From positions 96,001 to 160,000 of the forward strand of contig JANOEP010000009.1 in the NCBI GenBank assembly GCA_031441465.1: a stretch of 64,000 nt of DNA, written 5' to 3'. Both the position numbers and the translations under genes were made by a program. Within the stretch, counting starts at the first letter, position 1; every line of letters begins with the position of its first letter. The notes beneath the pieces are model-generated. The model made no database searches, was not told the DNA's origin, and was given only the letters and a program-made list of their open reading frames with translations. The DNA comes from a bacterium. GTDB lineage: Bacteria; Krumholzibacteriota; Krumholzibacteriia; LZORAL124-64-63. Shown in pieces: positions 31,019-40,073 of the stretch.

Positions 31019-31165
31019 ATGAAGAACGACTGGAACAACGACGAGACCATCGAACTCGAGGACGACGATCTGGAAGAGGACGACGACCTCGAAGAGGACG
31101 AGGACTTCGACGACGACGAGGACTTCGAAGAGGACGACGTCGAGGAAGCGGACGACGACAGTTGA
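31019..31165 (+). CDS. Short hyper-acidic protein/leader peptide (48 aa; alternative in-frame start at 30869 gives 98 aa with a basic N-terminal half)
   Basis: GGGAGG RBS, then MKNDWNNDETIELEDDDLEEDDDLEEDEDFDDDEDFEEDDVEEADDDS; stop overlaps the TTG start of speB. Confidence 0.65.
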   Translation: MKNDWNNDETIELEDDDLEEDDDLEEDEDFDDDEDFEEDDVEEADDDS

Positions 31166-32031
31166 CGTGGCCGCTGCATGACGATCCCGGGGCGTTCGGG
31201 GGCCTCCCGGAACGCCCCGTTCCGGATCACTGCCGCTTTGCGGTGCTCCCGATCCCCTACGACGGCACCTCCACGTGGCGCAAGGGCGCCGACCGCGGCC
31301 CCGACGCCCTGCTCGCGGCTTCGGCGAACATGGAACTTTACGACATCGAGACCGCCGGCGAGCCGTGGCGAGCCGGCATCGTCACGATGGCGCCGGTGCT
31401 GCACGACGGCCCGCCCGAGGGCATGGTGGCGAAGGTCCGCGCCGCGGCCGACGACCTGCTGGACCGCGGTCTCACCGTGGTCGGGCTCGGCGGCGAGCAC
31501 TCCGTGAGCATCGGCCTGATCCAGGCCCACGCGGCGCGCCACCCCGGGCTGACGGTCCTGCAGTTCGACGCGCACGGCGACACCCGCGACACATACGAGG
31601 GCTCGCCCAACAACCACGCCTGCGTCATGGCGCGGGCGGCCGAAGTCGCCGACTATGTGCAGGTCGGCATCCGCAGCCTCGACGCCGCCGAGGCGCCGAA
31701 GCTCCGCCCCGGCCGCACCTTCTTCGCCCACGAGATCGGCGAAGGGTACGATTTCATCCCGGCGGTGGTCGAACGCCTGTCCGGCCCGGTCTACGTGACC
31801 GTCGACCTGGACGTTTTCGATCCGGGGATCATGCCGTCGACCGGCACCCCCGAGCCCGGCGGCCTCTCCTACCGGCAGGTCGTCCGCACCCTGGCCGCGG
31901 TGGCGCGCAGCCGCCGCATCGTCGGCTTCGACGTGGTCGAGCTGCTGCCCGACCCCCGCAACCCCGGCCCGGATTTCCTGGCGGCGCGCCTGGCCTACCA
32001 GATCATGGCCTACCTGACCGCCCGGCAGTAA
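31162..32031 (+). CDS. speB: Agmatinase (ureohydrolase family)
   Basis: PYDGTSTW..GADRGP, GGEHS, QFDAHGD, TVDLDVFDP, TGTPEPGG, DVVEL. Confidence 0.92.
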   Translation: MTWPLHDDPGAFGGLPERPVPDHCRFAVLPIPYDGTSTWRKGADRGPDALLAASANMELYDIETAGEPWRAGIVTMAPVLHDGPPEGMVAKVRAAADDLLDRGLTVVGLGGEHSVSIGLIQAHAARHPGLTVLQFDAHGDTRDTYEGSPNNHACVMARAAEVADYVQVGIRSLDAAEAPKLRPGRTFFAHEIGEGYDFIPAVVERLSGPVYVTVDLDVFDPGIMPSTGTPEPGGLSYRQVVRTLAAVARSRRIVGFDVVELLPDPRNPGPDFLAARLAYQIMAYLTARQ

Positions 32032-32041
32032 GGAGTCCCCG

Positions 32042-33055
32042 ATGCAGAAGAGCGACCTCCTCAAGGACGTGGTCCGCCACGTCGACGTCACGGCCTTCGA
32101 CGCGCGGCCGCTGATCGACTCCTACCGGGACATGGCCTTCCAGGCCCGCAACCTGGCCACCGCGGCGGGGATCCTGCACCGCATGGAATCCGACCACGGC
32201 TGCGGCGTCATCCTGACGCTCGCCGGATCGCTGATCAGCGCCGGCCTGAAGGACGCGATCGCCCTGATGATCGAGAACGACATGGTGGACGCCGTGGTCT
32301 CCACGGGCGCCAACATCGTCGACCAGGACTTCTTCGAGGCGCTCGGCTTCCGCCACTACAAGGGCACGCCCTTCATCGACGACCAGATGCTGCGCGGCCT
32401 GGCCATCGACCGCATCTACGACACGTACATCGACGAGGACGAGCTGCGCATCTGCGACATGACCGTCGCCGAGATCGCCGACGGCCTCGAGCCGCGGCCC
32501 TACTCGTCGCGCGAGTTCGTCGCGGCGATGGGCGCCTTCATCGAGGCCAGGGGCCTGAAGTCCGACCACTCGATCGTCCACGCCGCCTGGCGCAAGGGCG
32601 TACCGATCTTTTGCCCCGCCTTCAGCGACTGCTCGGCCGGCTTCGGCCTGGTGCACCACCAGTGGCACCGCGAGAAGTACCTGACCATCGACTCCGTGGC
32701 CGACTTCCGCGAGCTGACGCAGATCAAGCTCGAGGTCGGCGAGACCGGCCTGCTGATGCTCGGCGGCGGCGTGCCCAAGAACTTCACCCAGGACGTGGTG
32801 GTGGCCACCGAGATCCTGGGCCGCGAGCAGCCGATGCACAAATACGCCATCCAGCTGACCGTCGCCGACGAGCGCGACGGCGCCCTCTCGGGCTCGACCC
32901 TGAAGGAGGCCTGCTCCTGGGGCAAGGTGGACACGGTGTACGAGCAGATGGTCTACGGCGAGGCGACCGTCACCTTCCCCCTGCTGGTCAGCGACGCCTG
33001 GCACCGGGGCGGCTGGCGCGGGCGGCCCTCGCGACGGTTCAACGACCTCTTCTAG
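32042..33055 (+). CDS. Deoxyhypusine synthase-like protein (SpeY/homospermidine synthase type)
   Basis: LAGSLISAG, STGAN, IDRIYDTY, PAFSDCS, GGGVPKNF, RDGALSGSTLKEACSWGKV (catalytic Lys retained). Confidence 0.92.
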   Translation: MQKSDLLKDVVRHVDVTAFDARPLIDSYRDMAFQARNLATAAGILHRMESDHGCGVILTLAGSLISAGLKDAIALMIENDMVDAVVSTGANIVDQDFFEALGFRHYKGTPFIDDQMLRGLAIDRIYDTYIDEDELRICDMTVAEIADGLEPRPYSSREFVAAMGAFIEARGLKSDHSIVHAAWRKGVPIFCPAFSDCSAGFGLVHHQWHREKYLTIDSVADFRELTQIKLEVGETGLLMLGGGVPKNFTQDVVVATEILGREQPMHKYAIQLTVADERDGALSGSTLKEACSWGKVDTVYEQMVYGEATVTFPLLVSDAWHRGGWRGRPSRRFNDLF

Positions 33056-33071
33056 CACCGGGAAGGCGGCG

Positions 33072-33800
33072 ATGGGCGCGACCCAGGACAGCTTCGACCT
33101 GCAGCCGGGACGCATCCTGGCGCGCAAGTTCGAGGTGATCCGCCGCCTGGGCGCCGGCTGGGAGGGCGAGGTCTACCTGGTGCGCGAGAGCGTCACCGGC
33201 ATCGACCGCGCCGCCAAGCTCTTCTTCCCGGTGCGCAACCCCCGCAACCGCACCCTCAACGAGTACGCCCGGCGCCTGCACCGGCTGCGCGAATGCCCCA
33301 TCCTGGTCAACTACGTCACCCAGGAGACCATCCGCGTGCGCGGCGACGACGTCGCGGTGCTGATCTCGGAGTTCGTGGACGGGGAGCTGCTCTGGGAGTT
33401 CCTGGCGCGCCAGCCCGGCCACCGCCTCGACGCGTTCCAGGGTCTGCACCTGCTGCACGCGCTGGCCGTCGGCGTCTCGGCGATCCACGCGAGCAACGAC
33501 TACCACGGCGACCTGCACGCCTCGAACGTCATCGTCAAGCGGCTGGGCCTAGGCTTCGAGGTCCGCCTGCTCGACCTGCACCGCTGGCCGGGTTCGCGGA
33601 CCTCGAACATCCAGGAAGACGTCTGCAATCTCGTGCGCCTGCTCTACGACGTGCTGGGCGGCCGGCGCACCTACGCGAAGCACCCGGCCGAGATCAAGGG
33701 CGTGCTGCGGGGGTTGCGCCGCTCGCTGATCCTCGAGAGCTTCCGCACCGCCGGCGACCTCGCCCTGCACCTCGAGACCATGCCCTGGGAATCCCGATGA
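33072..33800 (+). CDS. Stand-alone protein kinase-like domain (atypical Ser/Thr kinase)
   Basis: LGAGWEGEVY glycine loop, AAK, ISEFVDG, YHGDLHASNV, LLDL. Confidence 0.8.
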   Translation: MGATQDSFDLQPGRILARKFEVIRRLGAGWEGEVYLVRESVTGIDRAAKLFFPVRNPRNRTLNEYARRLHRLRECPILVNYVTQETIRVRGDDVAVLISEFVDGELLWEFLARQPGHRLDAFQGLHLLHALAVGVSAIHASNDYHGDLHASNVIVKRLGLGFEVRLLDLHRWPGSRTSNIQEDVCNLVRLLYDVLGGRRTYAKHPAEIKGVLRGLRRSLILESFRTAGDLALHLETMPWESR

Positions 33801-33819
33801 ACCGGCGCGGGGTCGCGGC

Positions 33820-34524
33820 GTGACGCCCCTGGAATTCGAACCTGCCGGCTTCGACATCCTCCACGAATGGGGCCCTTGCCTGGTCGTCGGCAAGCCGCCG
33901 GGGCTGTTGACACAGGCGCCACCGGGCATCGACAGCCTGGAGGCGCGCGTGCGCGTGTTCCTGCAGGCGCGGGACGGCCGGGCCGCGGGCGCCCACCTCG
34001 GCGTGGTGCACCGCCTGGATCGTCCGGCGAGCGGCGCGCTGCTGCTGGGCCTGACACCCGCGGCCACGCGCAAGCTGAGCCGGCAGATCGAGCAGCGACA
34101 GGTGCGCAAGCTCTACTGGGCGCTGGTGGGCGGGGCGCCGGCGGCGGGCGCCTGGTCGGACCACGTGCGCAAGGTGCCGGACGAGCCCCGCGCCGAGATC
34201 GTCCCGGTGGAACATCCGGACGCTCGCTTGGCGACGCTGCACTGCCGCATCCTGCAGTCGGGGCCGGGGTTCACCTGGCTCGAGATCGAACTGGAGACGG
34301 GGCGCACGCACCAGATCCGGCTGCAGGCGGCGAGCCGGGGGCATCCGGTGCTGGGCGACGCGCAGTACGGCTCGGCCGTTCCCTTCGGGGAGCAGCCTGC
34401 GGATCCGCGCCTGCGGGCGATCGCGCTGCACGCGCGATTGCTCGGCTTCCGGGATCCGACCACGGGGGAGGATGTGGAGGTCGTTGCGGCGCCGCCGGCG
34501 GCTTGGGGCGGGTTTCTTGCTTGA
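33820..34524 (+). CDS. RluA-family RNA pseudouridine synthase
   Basis: KPPGLL, VHRLDRPASG, TGRTHQIR, GDAQYG, ALHAR. Confidence 0.92.
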   Translation: MTPLEFEPAGFDILHEWGPCLVVGKPPGLLTQAPPGIDSLEARVRVFLQARDGRAAGAHLGVVHRLDRPASGALLLGLTPAATRKLSRQIEQRQVRKLYWALVGGAPAAGAWSDHVRKVPDEPRAEIVPVEHPDARLATLHCRILQSGPGFTWLEIELETGRTHQIRLQAASRGHPVLGDAQYGSAVPFGEQPADPRLRAIALHARLLGFRDPTTGEDVEVVAAPPAAWGGFLA

Positions 34525-34532
34525 TCGAAAAA

Positions 34533-34571
34533 GAAGAAGTCCGGGCGGCCGCGGGGCGCCCGGACTTCTTC
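34533..34571. terminator. Bidirectional intrinsic terminator
   Basis: GAAGAAGTCCGGGCG-N9-CGCCCGGACTTCTTC between convergent genes, A-run on the left. Confidence 0.75.
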
Positions 34572-34587
34572 GACTCGTCCCGCGGCT

Positions 34588-35340
34588 CTAGCGGCCGCCC
34601 GCCACCTTCAGCTGGGTGTCGAAGACCTTGCGCCGCGATTTGGCGAGGTCGACTTCCTTGGCCGACAGGTCCTTGAGGCGGTCCGCTTCCCGGATGCGGG
34701 CGTCGAGAGTCTGGCCCTCGTACTGCCGGATCTCGAGTTCGGCGGCCTGGAGCTGGGTCATCAGGGTCGCCGAGAGGGTCTGCAGCAGCAGCGCGTTGCG
34801 CTCGTTCCGCTTGGCGGCCAGCTTCATCTCCTCCTCGCAGGCCCGGGCCGACGCCGTCGCGAGTTCCACCAGCGCCTTGGCGTGGTCGACTTCCCGCGCG
34901 CGCAAGTCGGCGCGCCGCTCCAGGAGCTGCTTCTCCAGCTCGGCCTTCTTCTTCTGCCCTTCGAGGTCGAGCTTGCGGATCTCGTCCTTCTCCTTCTTGG
35001 CCAGATCGAGCCGGCTCTTGACGGCGTCGAGTTCGCTCTGCTTCAGGCGGATGCGCATCTCGGAGCGGGCCTTCATCGCCATCGCCCGCTGCAGGTGCAT
35101 CTCGCCCTCGGCGCGCTGGGTCTGGGCCGCGCTCATGTCGGACTGGATCTCGGAGATGTCGCGCAGCGCGACCAGCGCGAGCAGCGAGTCGGCGGCCGCA
35201 TCGAACGCCTGCAGCGTGGGCAGCGGGGCGGGCGCGGACGACAGCGCGCCCTGCGCGACGGCGCCACCGGCGGCGCCGGCCACGACGGCCGCCAGCATGA
35301 ACAGCGACAGGGATCGTCTCGAATTCCAAGCAACCAACAT
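34588..35340 (-). CDS. Secreted coiled-coil hypothetical protein
   Basis: GGAGG 7 nt upstream of ATG 35340; signal-like segment; long K/E/L/A/R heptad-rich body. Confidence 0.7.
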   Translation of the reverse strand: MLVAWNSRRSLSLFMLAAVVAGAAGGAVAQGALSSAPAPLPTLQAFDAAADSLLALVALRDISEIQSDMSAAQTQRAEGEMHLQRAMAMKARSEMRIRLKQSELDAVKSRLDLAKKEKDEIRKLDLEGQKKKAELEKQLLERRADLRAREVDHAKALVELATASARACEEEMKLAAKRNERNALLLQTLSATLMTQLQAAELEIRQYEGQTLDARIREADRLKDLSAKEVDLAKSRRKVFDTQLKVAGGR

Positions 35341-35432
35341 CTTCCATCCTCCCGGTAATGGTGCAGCCATGGCGAACGCCTCCGTTCGAAAACCGACGAC
35401 CAAGATACGCATTTTCGCGCACCGGCGCACGC

Positions 35433-37604
35433 TCACTCCAAGAGCATGACCCTCGCGGTGCGCGTCCCGCCGGGGGCCCGCAGCCGCAGCAGGTAGGAGC
35501 CCGCCGCCGGGGACGCGCCGGCGGCGCGCCCGTCCCAGACCGCCGTGTGGCGCCCCGCGATCAGGTCCCCCTCGAACAGCACCGCGACGCGGCGACCGCG
35601 CAGGTCGAAGGCCTCGAGCACGGCGCGCCCGTCCACGGGCAGGTCAAAGCTCACGGTCGTGCGCGGGTTGAAGGGGTTCGGATACGCGCGCAGTGACGTG
35701 GCTGCGAACTGCGGCGGCTCCGCCGCCTCTGTCACGCCCTCGCGCACCTCGTCCAGGAACCAGAGCGCCGACTCGGGCGTGATGCTCACGTGCTCCTGGT
35801 TCTGCAGCGGCACGTGGAGCGCGTCGAACGAGGTGCGGCTCATCAGGTCGGGATCCGCGAGCACGTCGTGGTTCGGCCCCACGCCGGCGAGATCCAGCGC
35901 GCTGACCGTCGGTACGAAACAGTGGTGGCCGAAGAGCGCCTCGATGTCGCCGTAGGGCACGCTGGTGGTGTCCATCTGCGCCATCGACGCGCGCCAGCCG
36001 CCGGGTGCGCCGTCCCAGGCGACGGCGCCCGAGATCGTCACGTTCTGGTAGGTGTCCGGCAACGGCCAGATCACGTTGAGCTCTCCCTGGAAGATGCGCG
36101 CCGAGGTCTGCTGCGGCACTGCCCACACGTTGCCCTTCACGTCCAGCAGGAACGAGTAGTACTCGTAGCGGATGATCTGCTGGCCGGGGACGAAGCCCTG
36201 GCCCACGACGGCGCCCGAGCCGTTCGCCACCGCGACGCGGCGGCAGGGCGGCAGGCCGACCGCCTGCAGGTCGGCCTCGAAGGCGGCGCGCAGCGGGTCG
36301 GCGGCGGCCGTGGTCCCGCTCGTGGCGAGGTGGTGCTGCAGCAGCAGCTGGCGCGCGGCGGGCGTGTCGAGGCGGCTCAGCAGGAAGGCCGCGGACTCGG
36401 AATCGTCCTGGAAGAAGTCGAGCCAGTGCTGCAGTCCCAGCGGGATGACGGCGCCGCGCTGCGGGGAGTCGAAGGCGATCCAGGTGCGCACGCCGGCATC
36501 GATCTGCTGCTGCGCCAGCCAGCCCAGGGCGTAGTGCGAGACCAGGCCGCCCATGCTGGCGCCGATCAGCGCGCTGGTGCGCTGCGGGCCGACGGCCGCG
36601 CGGACCATCCCGAGCAGTTCGGTCAGCACGAAGGCGTTGCGCTGGATGGGCGCGGTGGCCGACGCGAAGTCCAGCACCACGGCGTCGTAGCCCTCGGCAC
36701 GCAGGTTCTCGATGAGCTGCTCCTGGTTCAGCAACGCGTAGAGCGCGTCCCAGCCCATCGTGTCGTCGAGGTCGAAGCCCTCGACCACGACCACCGGGTT
36801 GGCCAGCTGGGTGTGGTTGTCGGCGAGGTAGATGTAGGCCGAGCCGGCGCCGGCGACGCCTTCGTAGGGCACGCTCGCAGTGACGGCCCAGGTCGCGGTC
36901 GGCTGCGGGGTCTGCAGGGCGGCGACTTCGAACTGGAAGGCGGCGTGGCGTGCGACGCCGTCGGCGGCCGTGGCGCGGAGGCGCACCGTGCGCGCGCCGG
37001 TTGCGGCGTAGCTCACTTTGAGCCGGCCGTCGTGGCCGACGGGGCGCCAGCCGCCGCCGTCGGCGGGGTCGACTTCCAGGCGCGGCGGCAGGCCGCCGAC
37101 GGACCAGTCCGGGGAGAAGGCCAGTTCGATGCGGGCGCCGTGGTAAGTCACGGGGCGCAGCGCTGCGGCCGCGAAGACGCGGCCGCTCTCGACATCGGCG
37201 CGGTCCCAACGCTGCCGGTCGCGCGGCGCGTCGGGGCGCAGCCGATCGTAAACAGCGTCCAGCAGGGCGACCGGCACGACCTCGGGTGGGGCGCTCTCCA
37301 GGGCGCGCCGCTCCAACTCGCGCGGCTCGGGCCAGCCGCGCTCGACGAGGCTGGCGCGGCGCAGCTCAAAGAGCATCTGGCGCCAGAGGCCGGTCGTGGC
37401 CGGCGGCGCTTCCGGGGCGCCGGTGAAACGATCGAGACCGGCCAGGGGGGCGGCCAGGTCGAGGAGCGTGCCGGTGGGGACGTCGGCGGCGGTCAGGCCG
37501 GACGGGAGGGCGGGCGTCGCCGCGGGGGGACGCGCAGCGGTGGGAGCGACCATCGCCAGGCACACGATGAGCAGGGCGCTGATGGAGATCCGGATTCGGG
37601 GCAT
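35433..37604 (-). CDS. Secreted alpha/beta hydrolase (lipase/esterase-like) with FlgD-Ig C-terminal domain
   Basis: Signal peptide; PVVVVEGFD, IGASMGGL nucleophile elbow, FDSPQRGA, HCFVPTVSALD, NQEHV; YPNPFNP...WDG...GSY. Confidence 0.85.
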   Translation of the reverse strand: MPRIRISISALLIVCLAMVAPTAARPPAATPALPSGLTAADVPTGTLLDLAAPLAGLDRFTGAPEAPPATTGLWRQMLFELRRASLVERGWPEPRELERRALESAPPEVVPVALLDAVYDRLRPDAPRDRQRWDRADVESGRVFAAAALRPVTYHGARIELAFSPDWSVGGLPPRLEVDPADGGGWRPVGHDGRLKVSYAATGARTVRLRATAADGVARHAAFQFEVAALQTPQPTATWAVTASVPYEGVAGAGSAYIYLADNHTQLANPVVVVEGFDLDDTMGWDALYALLNQEQLIENLRAEGYDAVVLDFASATAPIQRNAFVLTELLGMVRAAVGPQRTSALIGASMGGLVSHYALGWLAQQQIDAGVRTWIAFDSPQRGAVIPLGLQHWLDFFQDDSESAAFLLSRLDTPAARQLLLQHHLATSGTTAAADPLRAAFEADLQAVGLPPCRRVAVANGSGAVVGQGFVPGQQIIRYEYYSFLLDVKGNVWAVPQQTSARIFQGELNVIWPLPDTYQNVTISGAVAWDGAPGGWRASMAQMDTTSVPYGDIEALFGHHCFVPTVSALDLAGVGPNHDVLADPDLMSRTSFDALHVPLQNQEHVSITPESALWFLDEVREGVTEAAEPPQFAATSLRAYPNPFNPRTTVSFDLPVDGRAVLEAFDLRGRRVAVLFEGDLIAGRHTAVWDGRAAGASPAAGSYLLRLRAPGGTRTARVMLLE

Positions 37605-37699
37605 GGCGCATCCTCCGTGGTGATTCAGCAGCGTGCGCGGAAGCGCGCGCTCTCATAGAGTAGCATATATCGGAGCGTATTCATCTGCGAACCGACAGA

Positions 37700-38719
37700 T
37701 CAGCAGACCGGGTCCCGGGCGGCAGCCTTCAGCAACTCCTCGCGCTCGTGCAGCGAGCGGTGACAGCGACTGCACAGGGTGACGAGATTGTCCAAGACGG
37801 TGGGGCCGCCTTCTCCGGCGGGTGTGCGGTGGTGCACCTGGAGGTGCTGGGTGCGGCCGCAGCGATCAGCCTGGCAACGATACCCGTCGCGGGCCAGGAC
37901 GAGGCGGCGCAGTCGGGGGGGCACGGCCTGGCGCAGGCTCCCATCGGGATGCTGAATCTCGGCCTCGCACCTCGCGCGCGCGATGAGCGGCCGCGGCACG
38001 GCCAGGTCGCCGCGCGACGTCGCGACTTCGGCGCTCCGGCAGGTCGGACATTCCTGGATGACGAAACGGAAACCGATCGTGCCGCCTCCCTGCTCGAGAG
38101 CGTCGACCAGGTGTTCGTCGAGCGGTGCGCCCGGCTTAACGGCTCGCGCCTCGGCGAGCCAGGCTTCCCAGAGCGCGAAACGGCCCTCGCGGAAGGCGAT
38201 CGTGACGAATTGCGGCTTGGAGTCGGGTGCCGGCGGCTCCGCCGTCGGCAGTGGCGGCGGCACCGGCAAGCCCGTCGCCGCCCACCCGCCCCGTGCGATC
38301 GGCTTCGGCGCGACGGGCGTGGCCGTTCTCCTGATGACCTCGGCCAGGGCGCGCACCGATAGGCCCCGAGCCGTCTCGATCCAGTCGTGCTCGGTCGCGG
38401 GCGTCGCGGCCCGGCACAACAGTTTCGCCTGTGACCAGCTCAACTCCCCGCTTTCGAGCCCCACGGTGACGCCAGGCAGCATCGGCAGCCGGCGTGCCAA
38501 CGCCAGGAAGCTCATGCACTGATCGCGCGTCAGCCCCGCCTCGGCGGCGGCGTAGTCCGCGATCGTGACGTAGCCCAACACGTGATGAACTTTGCGGTAT
38601 TGGATCTGGAGCAGGTAGTGGCAACTGCGCACCAGCCCTCGCTTGAGCTGTCCGACCGATTCTACGAAATTGCGATGGAGAGCTAATTCCGCCGGGGTCG
38701 CCGTTGCGGTGTTCGGCAC
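37700..38719 (-). CDS. HNH endonuclease with DUF222-like N-terminal region
   Basis: C-terminal RRLVLARDGYRCQADRCGRTQHLQVHHR..GGPTVLDNLVTLCSRCHRSLH; N-terminal LESGELSWSQAKLL; extra CPTC; start uncertain. Confidence 0.82.
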   Translation of the reverse strand: MPNTATATPAELALHRNFVESVGQLKRGLVRSCHYLLQIQYRKVHHVLGYVTIADYAAAEAGLTRDQCMSFLALARRLPMLPGVTVGLESGELSWSQAKLLCRAATPATEHDWIETARGLSVRALAEVIRRTATPVAPKPIARGGWAATGLPVPPPLPTAEPPAPDSKPQFVTIAFREGRFALWEAWLAEARAVKPGAPLDEHLVDALEQGGGTIGFRFVIQECPTCRSAEVATSRGDLAVPRPLIARARCEAEIQHPDGSLRQAVPPRLRRLVLARDGYRCQADRCGRTQHLQVHHRTPAGEGGPTVLDNLVTLCSRCHRSLHEREELLKAAARDPVC

Positions 38720-38823
38720 TGTTCTTCGTCCTTATTTGATGAATTGTCGGCGCCAGGACGGGACGTCCCGATGATTTCTGACCAAACATCTAGCGGGATT
38801 CGTGCCGAATTCCCGTCACCGGC

Positions 38824-38849
38824 TGAAACCCAGCCACGCGCATCACGTT
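38824..38849 (+). promoter_or_regulatory. Possible ECF-sigma promoter for the RND-tricorn operon
   Basis: TGAAAC-N16-CGTT, matching the SigW/SigM-like TGAAAC-N16-CGT pattern. Confidence 0.45.
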
Positions 38850-38978
38850 GTAGTCGGATCGACCCGGCCCCGGCCGAACGACGTTGTCAAATGCGCGCCG
38901 AAACAGGATCTTGTCCCGGTCTCCCGTGATGTGCCCCGCTACGGGACGGACGACCACCAGTGAAGGGACCGCAGACCG

Positions 38979-40073
38979 ATGACGCCTAAGAGATTCCCCC
39001 GCATCTTCCTGCTCGTCCTCGCCCTGGCGCTGCTGGCCGGCTGCGGCAGCAAGAACCCCGCCCCCGCCGGCGAGCAGGCCGCGCCCGGCTCCGCGAACGC
39101 CCAGCCCGACGAACCCGCCGTGCCGGTCGCGGTGGCCCCGGCCGAACTGGGCTCCATCGCCAGCTACTACAAGGCGACCGCGACGCTCGAAGCCGAGAAG
39201 GAGGCGCAGGTGCTGGCCCGCGTCGCCGGCGTGATCGCGTCGCTGTCCGCCGAGGAGGGCGACCAGCTCGGGGAAGGGGCGCCCCTGCTGCGCGTCGAGA
39301 ACGGCGAGTACCGGCTGCGGGCCGACCAGGCGGCGGCGGCCACGGCGAACCTGCGGGCGCGGTTCGCGCGCCTGACGGCCATGCGCGACGAGGGTCTGAC
39401 CACCGACGAGGAGTTCGAGGCCGCCCGCAGCGAGCTGGCCCGGGCCGAGGCCGACGAGGGGCTCGCGCGTCTGGACCTCTCCTACACCGACGTGGTCGCG
39501 CCCTTCGGCGGGCGCGTCACGCGCCGCTGGGTCGGCGTCGGGCAGAACGTGTCGGTCGGCACGCCGTTGTTCACGCTGGCCGACTTCAATCCCCTGCTGG
39601 CGAAGGTCCACGTCCCCAGCCGCGAGTTCAACAAGCTGCGGCGCGACCAGGACGTCGAACTGGTCCTGGACAGCGGGCGCCAGCGCGTGCGGGGGCGCAT
39701 CAAGCTGATCAGCCCGGTCATCGACCCCGCCAGCGGCACGATCAAGGTCACGCTCGAGATCCCGTCGTACCCCGAAGGCACGCGCCCCGGCGATTTCGCC
39801 CAGGTGCAGATCGTCACCGAGCTGCGCGAGGGCGCGGTGCTGGTGCCGCGGTCGGCGGTGCTGACGGACAAGGGAGAGACCGTCGTCTACGTGGCGGCCG
39901 GCGACGGCGGCGCGTCGGCCGAGCGCCGCGTCGTCGAGGTCGGCTTCACCGACGACGAGCGCGCGCAGATCGTCGCCGGGCTCGCAGCGGCGGAGCGGGT
40001 CGTGGTCAAGGGGCAGCGCTCCTTGAAACACGGGTCGAAGCTGAAGATCCTCGATGAGAAGGCCGGTTCCTGA
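38979..40073 (+). CDS. RND efflux periplasmic adaptor (MFP), lipoprotein
   Basis: Lipobox LLAGC; EEGDQL..G..LL; APFGGRV; ISPVIDPASGT; VPRSAV. Confidence 0.93.
   Translation: MTPKRFPRIFLLVLALALLAGCGSKNPAPAGEQAAPGSANAQPDEPAVPVAVAPAELGSIASYYKATATLEAEKEAQVLARVAGVIASLSAEEGDQLGEGAPLLRVENGEYRLRADQAAAATANLRARFARLTAMRDEGLTTDEEFEAARSELARAEADEGLARLDLSYTDVVAPFGGRVTRRWVGVGQNVSVGTPLFTLADFNPLLAKVHVPSREFNKLRRDQDVELVLDSGRQRVRGRIKLISPVIDPASGTIKVTLEIPSYPEGTRPGDFAQVQIVTELREGAVLVPRSAVLTDKGETVVYVAAGDGGASAERRVVEVGFTDDERAQIVAGLAAAERVVVKGQRSLKHGSKLKILDEKAGS

Noticed and set aside
31060..31160. 18-nt quasi-periodic GA(A/C)GA(G/C)GAC repeats as a possible CRISPR or VNTR
   Set aside because: No spacers; explained by Asp/Glu codons of the acidic ORF
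37700..38719. HNH protein as IscB/Cas9-like RNA-guided nuclease
   Set aside because: No PLMP motif, split RuvC motifs or nearby array recognisable
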